Part shown: positions 14,754 through 27,962 of the stretch, piece after piece
Numbering within the stretch: the stretch's first letter is position 1
Layout: each line of letters begins with the position of its first letter
NCBI GenBank assembly: GCA_017654855.1
Contig: CM030333.1
Span: 4,898,001-4,962,000 of the forward strand
Direction of reading: 5' to 3'
Source of the DNA: Podospora anserina
Lineage: Eukaryota
Length of the DNA stretch: 64,000 nucleotides
Translations under genes and position numbers: made by a program
Notes under the pieces: generated by a model
The model's input: only the letters and a program-made list of their open reading frames with translations
Databases searched by the model: none
Told to the model about the DNA's origin: nothing

Positions 14754-17700
14754 TTTGTCTGTGGATATGAAACTAGGGCTTTAATGCTTCCGGAGCAGAA
14801 TATGTCGTTGAAATGAATCGAGTCCAGTAAGATAGAAAAGTATTAGACGATTGAACCGGACCGGGAAAAGAAACAGAAAATGAGATGGGAAAGAGATGAT
14901 GATTGTGGTGTTGTCGAAGAGGCGGGATACGAAGCTCTTTTATCTTTTCCTCTGGCTGGGTGTTCGAATATCGGAAACTCCTCCACAAGGCTGTTCGGTG
15001 CTGAGTCGAAGGGGGATTTTGGATGCTGTGCTGACCCGGAAGGCACGGTCGAGGCAGGGAAGGTGAGGTTGGTAGAGAGCCAGGGTAGCAGTCAAGCAGG
15101 AGGAAGGCGTGGGGATAAAGAGAAAAAGAGGTCAGAGAGTTTCTGCAGGGCTGGTTTGTGTTTTGTACCTACCTCACCTCATGGGGGAACTCCTGCCTCC
15201 TCCCCCCATCCCCCATCCATCCATCGCTTGTACGGCAAGTCCCATGTAGGAAAGTCACCCACCTGCCTAGGACAAGAGAGAAACAGAAGGGAAAGAGCGT
15301 GCAGTGTAGGACAGGGATGCGGGAAAGTACAGGCGGCACGGAGGTACGTACCGGGCGCCATCTTTGGTACCTCAGTCGGCTGGGAAGGTAGGAACGAGTG
15401 CCCCGTCGGCAAGGGTGTGGAAGCTTGGGCGGCGGCAGGCCGCGTCCCACCGTTTATTAAGGTACCAACCTCGACAGGGATCAGTCGCGCACGAAATGGT
15501 GTTGTCCTCTTTGAGATCAATACTGCAACCTACGGAGAAAGGCCTACTACCTAGGTAAGGTAACTCGCGGCTTGGATATTTTGTCCATTCGGCCTGCCAT
15601 TATTGCCGCTTTGACTTCCTAAGCTTCCCCAGACTCTTCAACCGCCCGAGTACCTTGTATTGATTAACAGACTCTGATAAAGAAGGCGGGGCAATTTCCA
15701 TCTCCCGCCAGACTGTTATGGTACAGGCGCTTGGCCTTGACAACGGGCCTCATTCAGCAGAAGCTGGTTTGGACGCCCGTTGCAGGTGAAATGAGTGGTC
15801 TGGGGACATGCCAGGCGGCAGCAAGCCTCTAAAATGCCAACGGAGGTTCAAGCAAAAACCTGATGACAGCTGCGCCATTGATACCACCCGGGAGAATCAT
15901 TCTCTCCCGGCCGGAAGGCTTGATGATCATGGCCAATCCATATCTTTTTCATGGACGTGGCTACCGAGACATACATAAGTCCATGATGCCTGACGAGCGA
16001 AGAAGTGGGAGTGAGAGTGCGACTGCGGGATTGCACAAGCGACCCGACCATCGAAAGCTGCGCGGCTAACTCGTTGGCTTGGCTCTTGGCAACGACGTGG
16101 TTTAACCTTGTATGGCATGGTCGAATCGTCTTCCCGCTGTAACCCTGCCACCTGCCCAGATCGATCATCATCCAACACGACATCCTACAACCAAAGAAAG
16201 GCTCACCCTAACCCTGAGCTTATGGGTAGCCGGAGAAAGCTCTCTTGATATTCATGAATGAGGTGTGCCTTGGGGAGGCAGGAGGAGTTGGTCACTTGCG
16301 TTGGTGAGACAGAACTGATCTGTGTACTGGGGATGTGGTCTTTGCTGCTGGTCCGTGCTGCTGACAGGAGGAGTTAGCTTTGAGCTTGTTCAGATCATCA
16401 CCAAAGAAACCATCTCATGTCACCCCTCGCTTCCAGATTTCTGTTTTCGTCTTCGTGCTGCATCAGAGCCCAAGACACTCGCCGGTTTCTGAAACATTCT
16501 GACCAGCACACTGGGGAGGCATATTCTGTGTCACTGTCTCAAAGATATGATCTTCCCCTTCGGCAACGCACCCCGCAGACTTGCAGCTGCACGATGGCAC
16601 GGCCCCACGCCCCGCTTGCGGAACAACAGCCTCGACCAGGTTTGCATCTTCTGAATTCCACGAGTATTCTTCCGCCGATCCGATCTGGGACTGGTCTTCG
16701 TCGTGGTTTTCTTGGGCTTCGGGTTCTGCTCTTGAGATCTCATTCAGAAAACCAAGAAACTAATCCCAATTGTAGGACGGAAGCCGGAACGGACATGCTC
16801 AAATCTGATCTCACGCACCGAAATGCATCTCAGAGGATGTCGTCTGACGCACCCTCTCATGGCTGACCACTGAATAACTAATCGTATACACACACACGGC
16901 TTTGGGGCTCACCAACAGCCTGCAAGTAGCTAGACCATCGGCAGAGCTCAACAATCTGGTTGTCAAAATCCCCCGGAGCCGTGGGGTGGTTGCGGCGTGA
17001 GTTTCTTCGTGAGGGGCGGCGCAGGGCGACCACCTCGAGAAGCAAGCAACCCCTTTCTCCGACCAACTGGGACCCTGCGTCTGCAGCCAGGGGAGCTGCA
17101 ACAGTGGCACAGGATGTCCATACGGACACCACAAAACCGCACAAGGCTCGACAGCTTCACGCAGCAGGGACTCTCGACACCGTGGAAAAGAAGCCATGGC
17201 CAGACGCAATGCTATCGATACAAAGTTTTGTCTTTGTCGCCTCTCTCCAACTCACTGGGGGTTGTATCTCTCGCGTTTTGAAGCCACAACTCTCAAAGTC
17301 AATTCTCGCCATATCCAACCTCGGATCCTCAACACCCTCTTTTTACACAGACTCTGTCGGTAATGTTTTGCATGTCTGCAGAGATGTTTCCTTCTGCACG
17401 TGAGCGATTTGGTTCCGTTTCAAGTCTGTGAGTAAAGTTTCTTGTTTCAATCTACTGATTGTTTACGCACTGACATCAAGGGGTAAAGTCGCCGACGGAT
17501 CACTCTTGATAAACCCCCCGCTGCGTCCAGAACTTCGAGCTGGGGGCGCAGTTCAACATCCAGAAGACATCATTGTTGGCTCGCCTGCAAACACGAGTTC
17601 TCTGAAACAGCTCTCTGCGATGTGCCTACCACCTGCTCCTTAGCTCAACATGCTTCTTCATCCATCGCAGGAAAGCCCGAGTAACTTCCAACCCTTCACC

Positions 17701-20700
17701 GAGAGGCCGCACTCACAATGATGAATAACCAGTTCTCGGTTACACGTGCACTGACCTCTCGTCTCAATTCTTCAGAGGGGAAGAGAATACAGTACTGTGC
17801 CGCAACCCCACGGTGCGGCTTTCCAGAACAGGCTTCTCACTCGCCTCTTGGATGTCTGCATGTGGTCATGGCCGTTCTCTCGGACTTCGACCAGCCATTC
17901 TTCTATTCGCTAGCTGGTTGCGAGGATCCAGCACATACAGGCACCGCTCAGATGCTCGCCGTCACTCTCCTTGTAGGCTTCCTACAAAAGTGGTGCAACC
18001 AGATGCCAGCAGACTGACTAATCGCTACACCACCACAACACACGCAGATGAACTTGCTTATATCGCTTCCAATCGAAAAACATTTACAAATACTACCGCA
18101 GTGCAGATGCGAATGCGATCAGTCAATATTCCAAGCATTGCAGGATTACACAACTTTCGCTAGTGGCGCAAGTCTGACCAATGGCGGAGATATTGGCTGC
18201 ATTGCGGGCGCTTAGAAGCGCGGTCAACTGCAGTAGTCGTCCGATTTCTGTTGGCACCAACCTATCGCCAAAACGGGGAGCTTTGCCGCAGAACCGCGAT
18301 ATCAAATTCTTGATGGGGAAAACTGGGCATCTCTGCTTCTTCTGCCCTTCCATCGTAGGCGTCCAAGTTGCTCCAGGTATCGCTTCCTGCATGTGACAAT
18401 GTTTCTTTGCAGCTACGGATCCTTCGCATCCGGCGGTGAGGGTGACCAGTTTCTTTTTTCTTGGTGACACTTTACACCTCACTGCTTCGCAAGTTGCTAG
18501 CGTCGAGGAATCGATAGCCAACATGTATTACAGCGGCAGAGGAGACTCTTAATTGGTCTGTTGGCGCGGTGCCTCGTCTATCGTGTTTCTGAGGAGAGGA
18601 TTAGCCGACCCTCGCGCCGGCCCGCCAGCTTCCTTTTCTTTATCTCCCTGTCGATATTGAAGGTTCTATGCAGATATGCTGTGAGGAGCTCTCCCCATCG
18701 GGGCCTGTATCCTGTGTTACTTACCATGAGCCCGGTGTTGATGCTCACATGACATTGAGCTCCTGCATCCTGGATGGCACTGGGTGAACTTTTGGTTTGG
18801 TGGGTGTTGGGCCCGATGCAGTTTGCCTACCTACTGATAATAGGAGCTATTGGTGGCCACGTCGCTGATATGCTGCTTGCCCTACCTATATTCCAGACTC
18901 TTTGCCTTGCAGGCAGTGCAGAACAGAAGAAAACCATCCTCTTCACTGTCTCTTGATCTCTGTAGAAGTGGCCGTGTGAATCGCAATAGCCAGACACTGA
19001 TCCCACGACTACGGAGCCGAAACAAACAGTAGCCCTTACAGCTGGATGCGGGTAGCTTGATAGGTAGTTCTTGGGGTCATTGATCCCGCCGTTCGTAGCA
19101 CAAGACGCGCCTGAGGCTTGAGGGAAGGATCAAGTAGCAGTTGTACCAGATACTTGTGATACTTGAAGCCGGGGGCATGGGGGAAACGGTGGGTCGACGG
19201 TGGATATTCAGGCATCCTTATTGATAGCCCAGCATGTGTCTGCCATTGTTGCTTGTGAGGAGGCACAGTACATCATGTCTCGTGCTTTGCAATGTAAGTA
19301 TTTAGCGTTCATGGGATCTGGTAGATGTGGGTGTGGGTGGCTGCGAGGGAGACACCTCTTTGGAGATTCTTCATCGCCGCTGTGGAATGGAAGGTGGCAG
19401 CAAGTTCTGGATGAGACTGAATTCTCTCAGCTGGGTCCATAAGAGTGAAAGCGTTCGAAGGAGGGAGTTGACATCTAGTAGCCGCCCCTCAACGGGCAGG
19501 CAGCTCTCAGATAAGACCTCTTTAACATTGCGGGAATACTCAGTCGTCCATTCTGGTGGCCGCTGTAAACAGGGCTGTGCCAGCTACGAGCTTTATCCAA
19601 GGCAGCAAGCCTTCTCGTCCAACATAGCTCCAACATCCTCCTCAAGGCTGGATTGTTGTCCTTGACAACCAACCAGCCATACAGATAGCCGCCTAGACGC
19701 GCCTACATGTTGGAGAACCAAGGCAAGGGATGGTCGATCGTGTGGCTAGGCGCCCCAACAGCATCATTCACATGGACTTCCGGATGGACTAGCTGGTGTA
19801 TGGTGCGTTGGCGTGTGCTGATGAGCGCGGGGGTCCTGCAGATTTGATCCTTAAACCATGTTCTGGGGTGGATGAGAAAGGCTATCAACTTCTGGGGAAA
19901 TATCGTCATGCTTGGTCTCTCTGGCAGGCATACAGATGATCACGGCCTGTAATATGTATGCTCCCTCATAGGATATCGGTACCTGGGGAGGTTCTTTGTT
20001 GGCCGACTTTTACTCATGTGAGATGCAGTTCGCGACATGCGGCACGCGGCAAAGTCGAGGCCGGTTGATAGGGCTGTTATTTACTCGAACATCATTTGTC
20101 TATTTCAAAAGATTGAGAGTCTCTTATCAAGATGCTCTGACCTTGCGTGATGTATCTTGGCTTTCATGTCATGTGCCTGCTGTTCCCGTAACCCGATGCA
20201 GCACGAGAGAGAACTCCAAAGGCATTTCGCTAGCAACAGTGGGAGAATTTTAGGTGGACGAACACCACAAGTAGTTGAATCTCTTGTTTACAGCAAGACT
20301 TGCATGTGTTTACGTTGAAGTTGTTGCGCCGAATCCCGTGGTTGTTCACATGGTGTTCTGCATGTGGCCCCCCATGTACACATCGCTATTCTTCGTGACC
20401 AGCTGCAGCCCCATGCCCAAAGCTTGGCGGGGAGAGTTGAAAACCCCGGACTTGAAATGTCTCTTGTATTCCCTAGGCTGACTATGGAAGAGTGGTGAGC
20501 TATGTGCAGGCAGGTGAGGCACCCGCGGGGGCGTTGCCCTGTGATCCGTCTGAACAGATTACCAGAGCGAAAAGCTTACCTAAGTTAGAGCTTTAGGCCA
20601 TGCGTCAAGAGGTTTTGAGTCCAGGACTGTAAGGCAGTGGCCATTACCCAACACCACTTAGTAGTCACTCAATGCTCGAAGCCATTCAGGGGCACTCAGG

Positions 20701-21492
20701 GGTTGTTTACAGTGAACGGTCAGCGACCCACCAGTGAGACTTTCACGGCAACCAGAGCTCCATTAACCCGAACCCCTCTGCCCCAACAACACTCAAGTAA
20801 ACCCACCTTGCCACGAAGAACAATGAAAATTATGCAAGTTGTCTCAACAACTTGTTGGTTAACGCAATATAAAATGAACAGAAATTCCAGAACTTTTGGT
20901 GAAATCCAACGGAAATGGGCCAAATAACTGTCCGACGCCCGTAACAAGGATGGTGTAAAAACCGAACCTCGGTTCATGCTGACTGCCTGATTGGCCAATG
21001 CCCTGAAAAGCAGCCCCACGTCTGTCTTATCAGCTGCAGAGAATATCTTATCGATCAACTCACCTTCAGTCCCAAGCCTTCGGACGCGACACGCACTCGA
21101 CGAACAGATCAGGCAGCCCGATCCGATCAAAATCCACACCTCCACACGTCACTGAACGGTCGCCAGGAAGACCCTACCTCCTTTCCGGTATTTTCGGCCT
21201 CGAACCCCTGTACGAGAACGTCAACAAAAAAAGTCCCCGTTCAATGATATAAAACCCTTGCCCGGCCCTGCCGTGGGCCGCGATGGCAGTCGACGTAGTC
21301 CAGTCAGTCTTTTTCGCTGCCTCCAAGTGTAGCAACACTCTTTTCTGCTTCGGACGATACATCTTCGTCTGGGCGATCGCCTTGGTCTTCATTCTTGCCG
21401 GCGCGCTGCAATATCGGCTCTCTTCGCTATTCCCCAGGAACGGAATTTCTACGGAACATAAGAAGGCGTGATTTTGTGACGGAGAAACCGAA

Positions 21493-22581
21493 ATGGCTGT
21501 CGGAACGCTCTCTCTCTTTTTCCCCGTCTTCATCCCGGCCGCCACAGCGGGATTGGTCTATGCTGGTCACCGCGCAACTTACCTCAACTGGAGGGCGATC
21601 TTGACCGAGTTCCTCACGGGACCTGGTCGGACAAGTCGGATCCTACTTCTGCTGTTTTTGGGTCTCAACTGGAAGAGCTTGCCCCTTGGGTGGACGGTAT
21701 GTATCTCGTGATATTACCTGGTGACACCAAGCTGACATTTGCGCCGCTAGGTTCGGATCTTCCATTCCTTCATTTTCCACTTCGCGCGCCGCCCAAAGAC
21801 TCTTCCTCAGCGCGCCCTCTTCCACTACAGCGTTACCTCCTCTCGTACCTCTCTCCTCGAAACCGACTACAACTTCCACAAGTCCAACTCGACCTACTTT
21901 GCCGATGTCGACGTTTCGCGTTCCCACCTGGTCACTCATCTGCTGGGCCCATCCATGCCAATCATTGGCGACAACGAGAAGAACAAGCTGGTTCTGGACA
22001 AGGATGGCAAGGTGATTAAGGGGAGCTTTGGCATAGGCCTGGGAGCCGTCTTTTGCTCTTTCCGCCGCGAGATTGGCCCCATGCAAGGTTACGAGATGTG
22101 GAGCAGAATCGTGAGCTGGGATCGCAAGTGGCTTTACATTGTGACGCACTTTGTTGTCAAGGGCAAGGTCAAGCCTACCAGCTGGGACGGCAGGTGGAAG
22201 GGTCCGACACGCAGCAAGATCCAAAAGGCCGAGGATGGGTCGGCCGTGGAGGAGCCGGATTGGAGCAAGTACATTCACGCCACTGCCATCAGCAAGTACG
22301 TGTTCAAGCTAGGGCGCTTCACCATTCACCCTTCGATCATGATCCAGGCTGGTGGCTTGTTGCCCGAGAGACCAGGTGGCTGGAGAGGTGGTGAGGATGA
22401 CTGCGGAGACCTGGTTGACTTGGGAGAGATCGATGCTGAGGGCGAGTGGGACTGGAAGAAGGTTGAGGCTGAGCGGAGAAAGGGTCTGGATTATGCTAAT
22501 CACTTTGGGGCGTTGGACGGCACGAATCTTTTGTTTGATGGTGGCGAGGATGGCGCTATTGGCAACTTCCCTATTGGTTAA
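21493..22581 (+). CDS. Membrane-anchored hotdog-fold thioesterase-like protein (THEM6-like), 2 exons
   Basis: Hydrophobic N-terminus. Intron 21697-21750 (GTATGT..CTAG) gives LETDYNFHKSNSTYFADVDVSRSHL and later FRREIGPMQGYEMWSRIVSWDRKWLYIVTHF. Confidence 0.8.
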
Positions 22582-22792
22582 GGGTAAAAGATTTAGGAAG
22601 GGTGGTATTTGGATGCTTAGAAGGCGGAAGAGACATGATACCCATTTTTGTGTAGGGAGTTCAGAGATGGTATTGTTTAGATTTGAGAGACAGCGCGCTA
22701 GCAGGTGCTCGCAGCGGCTGATGTCTGTGGCAAGAGATGCCAAAATACATCATTATTCTATGGCAGGGGTTCAGCTAACAATGTTGACATTG

Positions 22793-23375
22793 TTACGCTG
22801 ACATCGTCTTTTCTTTGCAAGCCACAAATCCATCTTTGCTCGCACCACTGTGGGTGATCAAGCCCTCGACCACGCTATCGTCATCGAAAATCACGCGGTC
22901 GGGCCCTGGAGGACCAGAGGTGTATATGTCACCTGGCATGATGGGATACTCGAAATAGGGAGGCTCTGTGACAAAGTCGAAGGCCTCGAGGTTCTTGAAC
23001 TGGTGGGGATAGTAGCCTGTATACACGCGGTTGAGCTAAAAAAAATTGCATGTGCTATAGTCAAAAGAAGAGATTCGAGACAGCCCGAAAACCACGTACC
23101 GACATAGCTAGGGTCATGGAGCAGAGCGTATCCCAAGGCAATGGCGCGGGAGACATCCGAAGAGTTATACGTATGAGCGCTGCAGCTCCAGGTTGTTGTG
23201 TTTATGTCGCCTGTGGTCACTAGGATTTGGTGACCAAGTGGTGAGGCAATGGCTGGTAGGGCTGGAACATGGGCGAGAATGGAGAGAAAGAGCCATATGG
23301 TGTTAGCTGATGTGGGGGTAGGGTGGTGAGTGCTGGGGCCCAAACGGCCCACGATTAGCAACTCACCTTGATCAT
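22793..23375 (-). CDS. Guanyl-specific ribonuclease T1/N1 family, secreted; first splice acceptor appears defective (possible pseudogene)
   Basis: YVGYYPHQFKNLEAFDF...YFEYPI...GPPGPDRVIFD...GLITHSGA...FVAC keeps the T1 catalytic His/Glu/Arg/His. Intron 2 (23099-23017) is canonical; intron 1 (23366-23293) ends TGG rather than TAG. Confidence 0.8.
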
Positions 23376-24180
23376 TTCGAACTAGATGAGTTTTTTGACA
23401 TCGATATTCTGTTTCAAAAAGCAAAAAGCCTGGTGTCTTGATGGGGAAGTAGGGGATCGCGGCTCTCTTATCATTGCTGGACAGTGTTATTATATGCAGT
23501 CTCACATATCGGATACAACGGCACACTGTGGACTTTCGGACCACACATGAATTTCGTGCGCCTAAATACACACGGCAATAAACATCTGATGTGATGAAGT
23601 GAGTACCTAATCTGATGTTCTTCGGATATGTCGAGACTATCTCTCATACTTGTGGGTTCAATGCAGTGAGGGTTAGGGTTATTATGTCTACGCGTTTAGG
23701 GCCTTCAGGGGCTCAGGGGGTTGACTCGCAGACGAGTAAGGGGTAACACATGGGGCCAGAGCAACACTGAAAGTCCACATTTAAAATGTACAAAACCTGA
23801 CTCGTTTTACCAACACTTTCAAAGCTATTTCCACAGCTTTGATATGGGATCCTCAATTTTGTCAACAGCAAGAAGTCGTCGCTGGAATGCAGACCCGACA
23901 TGCAATTATGCGGTCACGGCGCCGAGACAAGATGCCTCGGCAAACCTCCGGCATCGCCTTCACATTCTCCAACGGGAGTGGGTTCCCGATTCCACATCTC
24001 GTTTCTAGTCAATCCGAACAATCGATATGGTTGATATCGCAATCCCCACTGCAATTCTCTAGTATTTCAGCCACTCACTCACATATTTTTGCCATCACGA
24101 CTCATTCATTCTTGATCCGTACATCCCGGTGGCCTCTACCTATAATTCTCAAACGTAACCCCTGACCGCAGCACGACAAA

Positions 24181-24903
24181 ATGGCATCCTCCAAAGCCTC
24201 ACCATCACCACCACCATCAACAACCGAAAGTAAACAACAAAACCCACAATCAGAAGAAATGGTCACCCCAACCGCCTCAGACATCTCCTCCGTCCTCGAC
24301 TCCCCGGCCAACAAGGCCCAAGAAGCCCACCACATCGCCTTCTTCAATTCAATACCCTGGTGCTCCTCCCTCCTCGGCTCCAACCCCAACCTCATCATCT
24401 CCCAGTCCGTCTCCCGCATCATCCGCCCGTCTGGGTGCGAGGAGGACGCGCTCATCTCGCAGACGCTAAACTCGCCGGACGCCATCCCGGCCTACATCAC
24501 TTTTTACTCTCCCCCTCCCAAACCGACGGATTATGTCAATGAGGTCAAGTCGCTTATTGCCTTGGGACCGAAGGTGAATGGGTGGGAGGGTATCTGCCAT
24601 GGGGGGATTGTCATGACGCTTTTGGATGAGGTGATGGGGCAGATTTTTGCGGTCAACAAGGACAGCGGGGCGATGGGGAGCAAGATGCCGCTTTTGACGG
24701 GGTATCTGAACACTGAGTTTAAGAGGCCTGTGAGAACAGGGACGAAGGAGAAGCCGGCGATTGTGTTGGTTGTTGCTAGGATGACCAAGATCGAGGGAAG
24801 GAAGCACTTTTGCGAGGGGGTGGTGTATGGGGATGAGGAGGGGAGGAATGAGCTGGCGAGGGCGGAGGCCTTGTTTGTGCAGTTGAGGGAGCAGAAGCTG
24901 TGA
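24181..24903 (+). CDS. PaaI/4HBT-type hotdog thioesterase superfamily protein
   Basis: Intronless 240-aa ORF with NGWEGICHGGIVMTLLDEVMG, TGYLNTEFKRPV, EGRK and ARAEALFV. Confidence 0.88.
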   Translation: MASSKASPSPPPSTTESKQQNPQSEEMVTPTASDISSVLDSPANKAQEAHHIAFFNSIPWCSSLLGSNPNLIISQSVSRIIRPSGCEEDALISQTLNSPDAIPAYITFYSPPPKPTDYVNEVKSLIALGPKVNGWEGICHGGIVMTLLDEVMGQIFAVNKDSGAMGSKMPLLTGYLNTEFKRPVRTGTKEKPAIVLVVARMTKIEGRKHFCEGVVYGDEEGRNELARAEALFVQLREQKL

Positions 24904-25724
24904 AGAGGTAATTTCAAAAGGGTATAGGATATATGCATCGTGGTGTTTTGATAGAGGGAGCGATAATGTTGGAGAGCGAGGAGCTTGGGGTTGCTTGCAT
25001 CTGAATAGACTACATTGGGAACAGTCCTACCTAATAGATAGCATGGAGTAAGAATTACCGTGGTACCGGTTCGCAATTTCAATTTCAAGCGGCGGCCAAC
25101 CTGGAAGACATTGAAATATGTTGAGTCTGCCCACCCAACCTGTCCAGTACCCTCGCAAGATTCATAAACTAAAGCTTCTTGCCAGCTGGGATTTCAATTG
25201 TATCTCTCTTATGAAGAATGGCGAGTTTCTCGATCATGATATGTCTGTCCTTTTCAATGTCGCTTTCAACTTCATTAAGATAAATCCCGTGGACTTGTGA
25301 ACCGTTCATGAGTGGCTCACTTTTCTCAGCCAAATCGTATATGTATGTGTCAAGACGCAAGATACAGCACCTAACGCCGTCCGCCATTTGCACTGACAGG
25401 GAGGGAAGCGCGCGGAGAAAGTGCCCGTATCTTCACAAGATAAACTTGGTCTAAAGCAGAGGTTTCATGTACCACTGTGTGCGGCAATGTTTTATATGTC
25501 CTGTTTTTATTAAGATACTCATGTACATGAAACCATGATCCAATCATCACCAAAAAACCAAATGATGGAATAAAAAGCAAGCCTAATTATCTTATAGATA
25601 AAAATAGAGCCTTGATGATAGCACGCACATACATCACATTAATCTAACCTTTGCCCAAGATCCATAACACCATCGCTCTTAACCCTCGAAAGTAGCAAAA
25701 AATAGAGATAAAAACAACAAAACA

Positions 25725-27962
25725 TCACTCGCAACCCTCCACATCGGGGTCAACATCAGTTTCCCCATCACTAATCTCTGTCTTGCTGCTGATTGAACCA
25801 TCAATGTCAATCGTAAAGGCCTTCTGGACTTCCTCTCCCAGCCTGATGACGTCTCGCCTGCTCTCTCTGTTCACAACCAGCAGATGAGCAACATATGTCC
25901 TTGCCCCATCTGTGTAAAGATCAACCTTGTCTCCGGGGACACAATAGTCAACGCCCAGAACAATCTTGTCTGCCAGGTCCGGTCTTCGGCGCTTGAGCTC
26001 CTCGCATGGGGCTAGCTTTGACGGCCATTGCACAGTACCAGCGGCTGGAGCAGGAATGTATACCAGTCGAGACCAGTACTGTGCTCCCCTTTTCGAATCA
26101 TTGGTGTTGTCACCGAGCACATGGCTGTAGGGCCTAGTGGTCAGTCGTAACCTGTTCTTATCACCCGCAGCAGCCAGCATGTGTGCAGCAAAGTAGTCCA
26201 CGCCGTATGTATGACGTGTTGGAACAGTGACTCGGTATCCAGGCGGGCGGGCATTGATCTCGATCAGCTTGCACTCGGCTCCCGACTCGGGCAAAGATTT
26301 GGCGTGCTTGAGGACAAGATCGATCACGCCATCTTGCTTGCGGTACTCGAATGTGGAGCTCACCATTCTCGCCTCGACATGGAAGACACCGGTGCAAAAT
26401 CCTAGATTGACAAGAATATCTCGGAGTGTCGACTTTGCAATGTCTTGTTCCTGGGCAGGAAGGGCGGAAGGGAGAGTGAGGGCCTCTGGCGAAAAGGTTG
26501 AATGGACGGTAGCAGCGCTCGAGTCAGCATCGCAGGGTGGTTCATCTGCGATTTCGGAAAATAGAATCTCCCCGTCGAGAAGCACAAAGTTGACATCCAT
26601 TTCTGGACCATCAAAGAAGGGCTCAATGACGGCCGCACTGCCATGTCGAGAAGTAGCCTTTTGAACTGCAGTGGCAAGATCGGCGAGGTTGTTGACTTTT
26701 GACACGCATTCCGAGGACCACCCTTTGGTGGGTTTGACGATAAGGGGAAATCTGGGGATGAACTCGGCCTGCTGGTTACCTCCACTTGCTAGCAAAGACT
26801 CCAGCTCTCTCACATTGTGGACTCTGGCAGTCTGACAAGGAACGTTCTGTAGAAGCCGTGATCGATATTTGTCCACAGATGTCTCAAAGGCGGCCACGGG
26901 ACTGGTGGGGAGTCCCAATGCCTCTGCGACCTGAGCCACTGCCACAAAAAAGTTGTCCGACAGTGTCAAGACACCATGGATGGGAAGAGGGTAGCTGACA
27001 ATGGACTGGATGATGCGGTCAACCACTCCTGCATCCTCTGTCATGTCAGTGACAAGGAAGGCTTCCCGATGCATCTTGTTTTCTTCTGTGTCTGCTTGAA
27101 GCCAATGGCCCTCTTCGTCAACGATAACCAAGTCAAGACCTAATGCTTTGGCGGCACGATAGACTGGACCTCCTGCCGTGATGTTTGGTCTACCGCGAAT
27201 GAGCGCCACCCGTTGCCGGGGAATTGGTGTGCTGGAGAGCCATGGTGCATTGTGAAGACGATCACGCAGCTCCTCGGTCAGCCTTGTCCTGTAAATTTCC
27301 AAGTCGACGAACGAGACAGAGGTTGGCAAATCCTCCCATTGAACAACTCCAGCAGCCGACTCAACCAACGTGGCAAGATCATGTTCTGAGGTAACCGGGC
27401 CCGGGGCGGGACAAGTGGCAGAATATTTCTGTAGTGGGCGCAAAGGCTCATGGGTCCGTAATATCTTGTATGGGAAATCCTGGAGGCGAAGTTGGAGGAA
27501 GTCGGATCGGGTCACGTAGCCGTTGGTAGTAGGAAGAACAATGGTAAAAACAGATATGGCTGAAGCAGACCAACTGGGAGAGCCAAGACCGATGGTTTGT
27601 AGAGCCTCAATGAATGGGCTTGGCGGAGTGCTTCTGAGCCCGGTGCTTCCGATTCCGTTGTGTTGAGAATAGGGTTGGGATGGGTTTTGCAGAGCTGAAG
27701 ATTGTGAAGAGGATGGGAAAACCACCACGTTGGCGATGGAATACAGCTCGCAGAGGGGAATAACCTCGCCAAACAAGGGCCGATAGAGATTGGTTGGCCC
27801 TGCAGAGATTTTAGCAATGCTCACTTGGCGGACAGGAAGAAGGGCTGGCTGTTTCTTACTGCTCAGAGGTTGTTGTGTAAAGGTAGATGTAACCGATGAG
27901 ATGCTGCTGGTCAGTTTATGGCCCAGACTGGCCCTTTCACCAGAGAATGTTCCTACTGCCAT
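25725..27962 (-). CDS. ATP-grasp amino-acid ligase (L-amino acid ligase / carnosine synthase / fungal FsqD-like)
   Basis: Intronless 745-aa ORF with ALGLDLVIVD, VAEALGLPT, DKYRSR, PLIVKPTKGWSSECVSKV, IEPFFDGPEMDVN, GVFHVEAR and LIEINARPPG (ATP-grasp ExNxR). Confidence 0.9.
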   Translation of the reverse strand: MAVGTFSGERASLGHKLTSSISSVTSTFTQQPLSSKKQPALLPVRQVSIAKISAGPTNLYRPLFGEVIPLCELYSIANVVVFPSSSQSSALQNPSQPYSQHNGIGSTGLRSTPPSPFIEALQTIGLGSPSWSASAISVFTIVLPTTNGYVTRSDFLQLRLQDFPYKILRTHEPLRPLQKYSATCPAPGPVTSEHDLATLVESAAGVVQWEDLPTSVSFVDLEIYRTRLTEELRDRLHNAPWLSSTPIPRQRVALIRGRPNITAGGPVYRAAKALGLDLVIVDEEGHWLQADTEENKMHREAFLVTDMTEDAGVVDRIIQSIVSYPLPIHGVLTLSDNFFVAVAQVAEALGLPTSPVAAFETSVDKYRSRLLQNVPCQTARVHNVRELESLLASGGNQQAEFIPRFPLIVKPTKGWSSECVSKVNNLADLATAVQKATSRHGSAAVIEPFFDGPEMDVNFVLLDGEILFSEIADEPPCDADSSAATVHSTFSPEALTLPSALPAQEQDIAKSTLRDILVNLGFCTGVFHVEARMVSSTFEYRKQDGVIDLVLKHAKSLPESGAECKLIEINARPPGYRVTVPTRHTYGVDYFAAHMLAAAGDKNRLRLTTRPYSHVLGDNTNDSKRGAQYWSRLVYIPAPAAGTVQWPSKLAPCEELKRRRPDLADKIVLGVDYCVPGDKVDLYTDGARTYVAHLLVVNRESRRDVIRLGEEVQKAFTIDIDGSISSKTEISDGETDVDPDVEGCE

